Shown piece by piece: positions 24,364-34,200 of a DNA stretch of 51,937 nt. The stretch is from Mustelus asterias (lineage: Eukaryota), in the NCBI RefSeq assembly GCF_964213995.1, contig NW_027590419.1:310001-361937 (forward strand), written 5' to 3'. Each line of letters opens with the position of its first letter. The first letter of the stretch is position 1. The notes under the pieces were generated by a model. It saw nothing but the letters and a program-made list of their open reading frames with translations, ran no database searches and was not told the origin of the DNA. The position numbers were made by a program, and so were the translations under genes.

Positions 24364-24801
24364 GGGCTCAGCGCACAGTGATACACGGCACAGTCAGAGA
24401 CATGGACCCCGGTGATTGTTAAAGGAACTGTTCTCTTGTCCTTGTCCAATTCAGCCGAAAACCGGTCAGGGAAATCTGGAGACTTTTCTCCGCCACCCGT
24501 GCCATATTTCTGCAGTAAATATCTCGGAGCTTCCCCGGGATACTGGATGTACCAGAAGAGATTTGGAAAAGCATCCTTTGTTGTGTAATTACAATTCACT
24601 GTTACGTTCAATCCTTCCTGAACCGTTAATTCAGCCGGGTCCTGGGAAACTGAATCTTGGCCATTGATTCCTGCAACAAAATGTAGAATGTGTGAGAAAT
24701 CTGTGAACAAATATAACCCATGAAACACACACTGAGGATTTGAACTCAGACTCACCGGGCAGCGTGGCCATTATTATCAGTAAAGCACACAGGGAACACA
24801 T
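24364..24801 (-). CDS. TCR alpha/delta-type V segment (V-B2): leader 24801-24756, V exon 24670-24364
   Basis: MCSLCALLIIMATLP|GINGQDSVSQ..VNCNY..LFWY..DCAVYHCALS, then RSS. Confidence 0.9.
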
Positions 24802-24969
24802 GGTTCCTGATAGGACAGTAAGCAGCGACAATGTTTACAATAAGTTGCTGCCTCTAGTCTTATATCACAGAGTGAACTCAGATCAGAGGCAGCTTCTATT
24901 ATTCGGAAACTGGGAGGCGTTTCTCAGTGCTGCGATTGGCTCATCTCCCTGAGCTGACGTCAGCTGCGA

Positions 24970-25295
24970 ATCATAAAATCCCTACAGTGCAGAAGGAGGC
25001 CATTCGCCCCATCGAGTCTGTACCGGTCACAATCCCACCCAGGCCCCACTCCCGCAACTCCGTGTATTTACCCTGCGTATCCCCTGAGACTCGGGTCAAT
25101 TTAGCATGGCCAATCAACCCAACCTGCACATCTTTGGACTGTGGGAGGAATCAGCAGCAGCCGAAGGGGACCCACGTAGACACGGGGAGAACATGCAAAC
25201 TTCATACAGAAAGTGATCCGAAGCCGGAATTGAACCCGGGTCCCTGACACTGTGAGACAGCAGCGCTAACCATTGTGGCATCATGCCGCCCCGTA
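24970..25295 (-). mobile_element. HE1-like SINE inserted just upstream of the V-B2 CRE
   Basis: Typical HE1 body and tail on the minus strand. Confidence 0.8.
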
Positions 25296-25540
25296 ACCAG
25301 TGAAGCAATCACTGTTAGTTAATGATTTAATATTGCTGGCACTTTCCAATCACATTCCTTCCCTGGCCGTAAACGTATTTCTAAGTTCCTTGTTCTGTCT
25401 CTGCTCTCTCCCACATAACCAGTTATTCTGTCTCATTAACTGGTGAACTCGCTTTCCTCAGAACTCAGTCCATCAATCTTTCTGAAGGCAGATCCTTTTT
25501 TTCTAATTCAGGTGAAAAGTGAAACTAATTTAATCATTTA

Positions 25541-25830
25541 TGGGCGACACGGTGGCGCAGTGGTTAGCATTGCTGCCTCACAGCCCCAGGGACACGGGTT
25601 CGATTCCAGCCTCGGGTCACTGTCTCTGTGGAGTTTGCACTTTCTCCCCGTGTCTGCGTGGGTTTCCTCAGGTGCTCCAGTTTCCTTCCACAGTCCTAAA
25701 CTGTGCAGGTTTGCTGGATTGGCCACGCAAGATTGCCTTTAGTGTCAGGGGATAGCAGGTTAAATATGTGGGTTACGGGGATAGGGCCTGGGTGGGATTG
25801 TTGTCGGGACAGGCTCGTTGAGCCTAATGG
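25541..25830 (+). mobile_element. HE1-like SINE
   Basis: GGGCGACACGGTGGCGCAGTGGTTAGCATTGCTGCCTCACAG..GGTTCGATTCC. Confidence 0.85.
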
Positions 25831-25919
25831 CCATGACTCAACATAATTAATAGTTAGTGCTGTAAGTGTACCGGGGATAAGTAGTCACTCAACTCTGCAC
25901 CAGGAAATATTTCACGGAC

Positions 25920-26390
25920 TCATAACATAGAAACGAGAAGCAGGAGCCTTCTCCGCCATTAATCGTAATCATAGCTGATCATGGAGTTCAATATCCTGAT
26001 CCCCCTTCCCCCTCGCCCATATCCCTCGACCCCTTTAGCCCCAAGAGCTATATCAAATTTCTTCTTGAAATCAGACAACGTTTTGGCCTCAACTACATTC
26101 GGTGGTCCTGAATTCCATGCATCCAACACTCTCTGGATGAAGGAATTTCCCTTCACCTCAGTTTATCCCTTATCTTCAAAAGATGACGCCTAGTTCTGGA
26201 TTCCACCATTGGGAACAGTCTTCTGAATCTACCCTGTCGAACCCTGTTAGAATTTTATAAGTTTCTATGAGATCCCCTCTCACTCTTCGAAACCCCAGTG
26301 AATATAATCCTAACGGATTTAATCTCTCCTCATATGACAGAGCTGCCATCCCAGGAATCAGCATGGTAAATCTTCACTGTACCCCTCTAT
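25920..26390 (-). mobile_element. CR1 LINE 3' fragment
   Basis: LSYEERLNPLGLYSLGFRRVRGDLIETYKIL. Confidence 0.85.
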
Positions 26391-26490
26391 TCCCCAAATA
26401 GTAAAGCTCTGATTTCAAGCAGTTATTATTTCTGCTCCACGGACTTGAAAATGGGACAATTCTGAGGCTGCATTTGACAATAGATCACTT

Positions 26491-27715
26491 TTAAAATGTG
26501 TTGCCGGGCAGATAGGCACCGAATCCAGAACAGAAATAGGGAGCATTGGAAAGCCAATAGCTATTCTCACACATAAAGTACCAGAAAGTGTTTTTTACAG
26601 TGAATAGCACCATCACTGTTCCTAGAACCACAGTTGCCGTTTCCTCAGTGCAGTATTTTATTTTCAGCTTCTGACAAGTAATGGCCACGAATCGATCAAA
26701 GGTAAAAGTGACAGTGAACCAGACAGAACAGTCAGTGACTGCGTAAAGCAGGACGGCATGGATATTGCACACTTTAACATGATACATGAAGACAAATTGA
26801 TCTCTGAAACTGATGGGAATTTGCCTCAATACGAGGTCGATGATGACGACGAGTAGATCCGCCGCTGACATGGAAATTAGGTAACGTGAGACACATTTGG
26901 AAAGTCCACACCTCCCTCGAGACAGGATAAGAATCGTCAATAAGTTCACTGCAGGGAAGAGAGAGACAATTAACTCATATTTCAGACTGAGAACAGGAGC
27001 AGTAATCTGGCAGGTTTCTGGGGAACAGCTGCAGGATTTTGTTTTACAGAATCCAGCCTCAGAAAAACATGGATGCCCCTGTTCTGCTGAGACTGGGTTC
27101 ACAGTAAGAAAGCATCGCACTGAGGTATCAAGAAACTAAATTTACCAACAGAGCAGATCTCCAATTCCCTGCCTTCTCTTTATTTGTATTTGGGAGACAC
27201 AATGGTACCAATGGGTTTGGACGGAATGTTCCTGGTCTGGGTCACTCTGCTGTGGCTGTGCTGCAGACTGTGCATCTGAAGATATTGCATCAGTTGATTT
27301 GGAATTGGCTGTAAATCACAAAACTGGAAATTATATATTTTATTTTACTGAGGCAGGACCCTGTAGATATTAAGGCAGGAATAGTGGAAGTGGCCGGTGA
27401 AGGTGTGGTGGGAGTGAGGAGAGGGGGTTGGTAGTGGGGAAGGGGAAGAGTGGGAAATAGAGAGCAACCACCAGGCAAGAGTAGGGAAAATGTCTGCTGG
27501 GAAGATAGAGAAATTTTCCAATTGCATTAGCACATATGCAACATGAAGTTTGCACATTATAAAATTATTAATTGGGTCTCATGGACAAGTTCAATCAACA
27601 GAGTGAAATTTAACTCACCAGCTACACCAACTGCAGCGAGGAGTGGGTAGTAAATCCTTTGGATATCGTGAAGTACCCAAGCAACACGAAGCTCAAGTGG
27701 AATAATCCAGAACAT
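26491..27715 (-). pseudogene. Truncated GPR139/GPR142-like class A GPCR: exon 1 27715-27619, exon 2 26948-26491
   Basis: Spliced product reads MFW..IYYPLLAAVGVA|VNLLTILILSRGRCGLSKCVSRYLISMSAADLL..DCSVWFTVTFTFDRFVAI..KYC..NAPYFC, then stop. TM1-TM4 only; TM5-7 absent. Confidence 0.85.
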
Positions 27716-29349
27716 GGTTTAGTGACTCTGAGATTCAATGATCACTGGTTGTACTGGAGACCACTCTCACTTTTAACACTGATGCGCACAATGAAAACAT
27801 TCTATATTTACCGAGTGAGGAAAGTCCCCTGGTGAAACAATTAAATGATGTGCGGAATGACATTAATCACGATCAATGAACAAACATGATGACTTCGGCT
27901 TTTATTGCAAAATATATGTTTATTGAAAGTCTTTTGCACTCATAGTATAGGAACTGACTGAAGGCAAACAGATTTGTCCAGCAGTTTGGTGAAAAAAGAT
28001 GAATATTGATTAACACTATGTACTGAACTGAAGTGAATTAAAGGAGTTACGAATATTTCTATCACATAATGTCAGTCTACAATTTCAGAATTTGAATGAA
28101 ATTGTAATCATGAAATTAGTGCAGATTCGGGATTCTTCTGTTCATGCAAGAGAGGTGCCAGAAGCAGGATGATTGGGAACATCGCACTGCTGCTATTCAG
28201 CAAGAAACAGTTTAAAATCAATAAGACAGACATTTACCCTCAAGTTGTTCACAGATAATATTTTATGGAGATTACTCCGAGAGAGGGGTAAATCACGTGT
28301 CCAAACTACTTTCGGAAACACATGTACAATTTCTGGTATCTTTGGAGATGAGTGAGGATGTGTCCTGTATCATTCATTCAAACTTTCATCTTCTTCCTTA
28401 TGCCATGTTCCTTGCAGTCTGTGTGGAAGCTATTCCCTCGATCTTGAACTGTTGCATTCTCGAAATGTCTTGGACTTTCAACTAACTTATCCTGGTAATA
28501 TTCAAAGCCTTCGATTACTTTTGATTGGTAGATTGAAAAAGAAAGTATCAGTCCAGAGTTTTTGTAAAACTGGCAATGAAATATTATTTAATCTGAAATA
28601 TACCCGATATAATTTTATAAGTACCCTTTCAGTTTGCAAACCTCTGGTGAAAAATAGAACAGTAGAAAATCGATGGTGCAGGCAGTGGTCATTCAGCTGA
28701 TCGTGTGGCGCTGGACAGAACAGCGACAAATGGAGCTAGTAGCTCCTTTTAATACCACACTCTAACAAGTGACCCGAGGCTTTGACGGTTGCAGCACTGT
28801 GGATGGAGAACCCATATTAGAAATAACGTGTATACTCCTGCGTCTCGTTATTTTATGGGAAATATAATTGCAGTCGAGGCGGTCCAGTTCAGATTTTCCA
28901 GATGATTTAACAGGAATCGGTGGGTTTCCTTTTGGAGATGGTTGGCCAGGTTCTCCCTGCACAACCACTAAACCTCCTCACGCCTGGACTAGTGCTGTAT
29001 GTACATTCAGCATCAGCAATTGAGCTCCAACTTCTATCAGTCACCTCTCCCCACTCCAACTCTGTAGAGAACTACAGAACCTTTGCCTCTCTTAATAAAC
29101 CGCCCCACATCAACATCGTCCTCATACTCCTATCTTTTCCGCCTCTCTCTCATTCTGTTTTTCATCGGCCAGATTGTGGAGAGCCAAAGGGAGAGAGAAA
29201 AATCCACACTCAGTCCTTCAATAAATTGCAATCAAAACGTTTCCTGCACATTCCACTCGTCCCATCAGTTGACTGCGAAGTCTAAAACTGCCAGCGTTGT
29301 CAGAGAATACAGATTGAAAGATGACCACTTTCATTTGGCGAGTGGTTAA

Positions 29350-29545
29350 CACTGAGGTTGAGTCTCTTTGACGACAAGAAGATATGGATGGAATGTTCAA
29401 ATGGGCCGGTAAGTTGCAGATGGAATTTAACCCTGAAAAGAGTGGTGATTAAATTTAGAAGGAGTAATTTGACAACGAAGTATTCAACGAATGGCATGAA
29501 ATTGGAAGTTCTGTAGAACAAAGGGGGCTTGTCGTGTTCCCCATG
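29350..29545 (+). mobile_element. Degenerate CR1 fragment
   Basis: ..CAGATGGAATTTAACCCTGAAAAG.. (QMEFNPEK motif). Confidence 0.6.
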
Positions 29546-30058
29546 TTGAAATTGATGAAATGCTGAGTAAATTGTGTTATAATTCTCTGGAGTCAGACGA
29601 AAGACATGAGATTGTTTCCCATTGTCTTTCCATCCCTTTATCTTTATTACTTAGCCTGAAAATTCCTGTGTTGCAGCGTTTGCTTCCCTCACGGGATCTC
29701 CATCTAAATCCTCAGTTGTTCAATCCGTGTACAGTTCTATTTACAATCGCAACCCGAGGAAATCTACCCGTCAGAACGAAAAGTTCAGCGTCAACAGGTC
29801 AAGCGCGTGGTAATAAGATTAAGGTTCTTGAGAAGTCGTCACAAACTGGTATAAAAATAAATAACATTTAACATGAGCGAGTTAATCCGATCAAATGAAA
29901 CCGCAGACATCTGAGGCCTCTGGGTTTGTACTTATAAACGTTAATAAGATTAAATATACTCTTTCACTATTATCGTTAATTTACTCTGACTAAAATGATT
30001 GAATTCTGACAGACGCACCGATAGATATCGTAATTAATACTATCCTGATGGCAAGGGA

Positions 30059-30123
30059 AACATGGTCTATTGCAATATGAAGACAGGCTCTGGTGTCATA
30101 TAAAGAGCTGATCTCCGGTTGGA
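30059..30123 (+). repeat. Left arm of perfect 65-bp inverted repeat
   Basis: Exact reverse complement of 31053-31117. Confidence 0.95.
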
Positions 30124-30434
30124 AGGAAAGAGAGTTAAACCGAGAAAGAGACAGAATGACTGAGAATGTGACAGAGAGCAAGAGGGTGAGAAAGACGCAC
30201 TCAGCCTGGGCTACAATTTGATTGGAGAAAGCCAGCCGCACTTCGTCGTCAACTAACAGTAATTGGTCCAAAGCTAACATCATCTCAGGCAGACTAACCA
30301 ATCGCAGCACTGAGAAACGCCCCCCAGTTTCCCAATAATTGCAGTTGCCTCTGATCTGAGTTGACTCTGTGATATAAACTAGAAGCAGCAACATCGTTTA
30401 AACAGTGTGGCTGTTTACTGTCCAATCAGGATCC

Positions 30435-30870
30435 ATGTGTTCCCTGTGTGCTTTACTGATAATAATGGTCATGCTGCCCGGTGAGTCTGAGCTCAAATCC
30501 TCAGTGTGTGTTTCATGGGTTATATTCACTCAGATTTCTCACACATTCTATATGTTGTTACAGGAACCAGTGGCCAAGATTCAGTTTCCCAGGACCTGCC
30601 CGAATTCACGGTCCAGGAAGGGCAGACGGTAATATTGAACTGCAACTACACAACAAAATACACTGGCGAGACTCTCTTCTGGTACATTCAACATCCCGGG
30701 GACGCTAGGAGATATTTACTGAAGAAATACGGCAAGGGACAGGGGGAAAAGTCTCCAGATTTCCCTGACCGGTTTTCGGCTGAATTGGACAAAGACAAGA
30801 GAACAGTTCCTTTAACAATCACCGGGGTCCATGTCTCTGACTCTGCCGTGTATCACTGTGCGCTGAGCCC
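30435..30870 (+). CDS. TCR alpha/delta-type V segment (V-B3): leader 30435-30480, V exon 30564-30870
   Basis: MCSLCALLIIMVMLP|GTSGQDSVSQ..LNCNY..LFWY..DSAVYHCALS, then RSS. Confidence 0.9.
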
Positions 30871-30909
30871 CACACTGCTACAGAGACACAGTCAGCCCGT
30901 ACAAAAACC
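30871..30909 (+). other. 23-RSS of V-B3
   Basis: CACACTG, 23 bp, ACAAAAACC. Confidence 0.93.
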
Positions 30910-31052
30910 GGCAAAGGCACTCTCACCTCCTCTCACTGAATCAGATCTGTGAGCTGGATTGTGGATTTGTAATATAACCCAAATCATATGAAGACCAGCT
31001 TGGCTGGTCTTTAAGTCCCCTTGAAACACAAGGGGAATCAATTATATTTGTA

Positions 31053-31117
31053 TCCAACCGGAGATCAGCTCTTTATATGACACCAGAGCCTGTCTTCATA
31101 TTGCAATAGACCATGTT
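31053..31117 (-). repeat. Right arm of 65-bp inverted repeat (runs into N gap)
   Basis: Exact reverse complement of 30059-30123. Confidence 0.95.
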
Positions 31118-31259
31118 NNNNNNNNNNNNNNNNNNNNNNNNNNNNNNNNNNNNNNNNNNNNNNNNNNNNNNNNNNNNNNNNNNNNNNNNNNNNNNNNNNN
31201 NNNNNNNNNNNNNNNNNNNNNNNNNNNNNNNNNNNNNNNNNNNNNNNNNNNNNNNNNNN

Positions 31260-34200
31260 CCGACTGCCCCCCCCCCGACTGCCCCCCCCCCCGACTGCCC
31301 CCCCCCCGACTGCCCGCCCCCCCCCCCGACTGCCCGCCCCCCCCCCGACTGCCCGCCCCCCCCCCAACTGCCCGCCCCCCCCCCGACTGCCCGCCNNNNN
31401 NNNNNNNNNNNNNNNNNNNNNNNNNNNNNNNNNNNNNNNNNNNNNNNNNNNNNNNNNNNNNNNNNNNNNNNNNNNNNNNNNNNNNNNNNNNNNNNNNNNN
31501 NNNNNNNNNNNNNNNNNNNNNNNNNNNNNNNNNNNNNCCCCCCCCCGCTTGTTCCCCCCCCCCCCGAGCTGTCCCCCCCTCTCAGACCCGCCCTGACCAA
31601 TTCCTCTGAGACCCTCCAGTCCCACCAGGATTTCACCCCCCCTCCCCCCAAATCCCAGCCCTATCCATAGGGGCCCCTCCCCAGCTCCTGAACTCCTGTC
31701 CCCAAACCCCACCCCCACCGACAGACCCAAACCCCACCCCCACCGACAGACCCAAACCCCACCCCCACCGACAGACCCAAACCCCACCCCCACCGACAGA
31801 CCCAAACCCCACCCCCACCGACAGACCCAAACCCCACCCCCACCGACAGACCCAAACCCCACCCCCACCGACAGACCCAGCCCCCACCGACAGACCCGAA
31901 CCCCACACCCACCCCCACCGACAGACCCAAACCCCACCCCCACCGACAGACCCAAACCCCACCCCCACCGACAGACCCAAACCCCACCCCCACCGACAGA
32001 CCCAAACCCCACCCCCACCGACAGACCCAAACCCCACCCCCACCGACAGACCCAGCCCCCACCGACAGACCCGAACCCCACACCCACCCCCACCGACAGA
32101 CCCGAACCCCACCCCCACCGACAGACCCGAACCCCACCCCCACCGACAGACCCGAACCCCACCCCCACCGACAGACCCGAACCCCACACCCACCGACAGA
32201 CCCAACCCCCACTGAGCCTAATCCCCCCCGACTCCTGAACCCACTCCCAATCCTAAACCTGCCGCACTCAATCTCTCACCCCCAAATTCCCCTCTCCCCT
32301 CCAGGTTCCCCACCCCCCAAAACCCCCTTTAAATCCCCACTGCCCAAACCCACTCTCAGTCCCTCCACTTAAACCCCTCTGAACCTCCCCTCTGCCCAAT
32401 CTCTCTCTGCCCCTCCTCCCGATCCTCTCTGCCCCTCCCCCTGATCCTCTCTGCCCAATCTTCTCCAATCCCAATTCCCCCCCCCCCCCCCCCCCCCACT
32501 CCAGCCAAATCTGTTGTCCCTCCTCACAATCCCTCTAAATCTCCCGATCCTTCCCTCTGAGCCCCGTACCCCGCTCCCCCACTGCCCAAACCATCTTCAA
32601 AGCCCCCCGGCTGAATATCCCTCTAAGTTCCCCTCTTTCCCCCCACCCCTCTCAACCTGGCAAATTCCCACTCCCTCCCTGTGAACAGCCTCTGGACTGA
32701 CAGATCCCCCCCCTTCTAATTAGTAACCCCCCCCCCCCCCCCCCCACCACACATCTATCCCCGTCCACCACCCCCCTGTAAACAGCTCCTGGTGGAGTTG
32801 GATGTGGAAACTCTGCCCATTTTAAACATTAACGTTCAAACGACTAATTCCCCTGACACTGAGCAGCCTGTGTTATAACATCCCGCACCCCCATCCTGTA
32901 CAACAGACCCCCTGTCTGATTCCCCCCCCCCCCCCTCAATTGCCCCCTTTCTCTGATAACCCCTGACTCTGGTCAGCCTGTGTTATAATATTCCCCCCTC
33001 TTGTACAACAGCCTCCCCCACCAGCCCCTTCCCTCTCTGTCTAATAGCCCCTGGCTCTGAACAAGCCCCTGTATTACACACTCCCCCCTTTCAGCAGTGC
33101 TGAATCCCTCTGAATTGCCCCCGATTCCCTCCCTCTGCGTTCCTGGGCCTTTGCTGCTTGTGAACAGCAAACCCGTGATCTGGCCCGTCCCCCACGAGAG
33201 AGCAGAGAGGGAGATAAGAGGCAGAGAAGCAGAGAGATATAGAGATGGAGTTAGAGAGAATGCTACTGTAATTCAGACAGAATGATTCACAGAGAGAGGG
33301 AAGCAGAGATCAGATCCAGAGAGAGATAAGAGGCAGAGAGATATAGAGATGGAGTTAGAGAGAATGCTACTGTAATTCAGACAGAATGATTCACAGAGAG
33401 AGGGAAGCAGAGATCAGATACAGAGAGAGATAAGAGGCAGAGAGATATAGAGATGGAGATAGGATGCGACTGTAATTCAGACATTGATTCACAGAGAAGG
33501 GAGGGAGCAGAGATAAGAGACAGAGATATAGAGATGGAGTTAGTGAGGAATCTGCTGTGATTCAGACAATGATTCACAGAGAGAGGGAAGCAGAGAACAG
33601 ATAGAGATATAGAGACAGAGGATGCTACTTTAATTCAAACAGACTGAGTCAGGGGGAGGCAGAGATAGAGAGAGGGGGAAGCAGAGAGAGATAGAGAGAG
33701 TCAAGCAGATAGCTAGAGAGATAAGACAGAGAAGCAGAGTTAAAGTTCAAATTTTATTCGTCACAAGTAGGCTTACATTAACACTGCAATGAAGTTACTG
33801 TGAAAAGATGGAGATAGAGAGAATGCTGCTGTACTTCAGACAGAATGAGTCAGAGAGGGAGCAGAGATAGATAGAGCGAGAGAGAGATGGAGAGGAGGCT
33901 GCTGTGATTGAGATAAAATGATCCACAGAGAGGGAGAGAGAGATGTGCAGAGAGGCTGAGATACAAAGTGAGATGTCGAGATAAATAGAAAGTGGGGCTT
34001 TGGCAAGACAGTGACAAAGTTTCAGAGAGAGAGTGAAAGATAGAGAGAATGAGAGAAAAGGGAGAAAGATGCTGCCATTTTGAGAGGCTGAGGTATAAAG
34101 GATGGGGAGAGACAGGGATTGGAAAGATGTGGAGAAACAGTTCTGAGGATGGGGGAGTTGCACAGACAGAGCTTCAGGGAGAGGGATTGAAATCTGGGAT

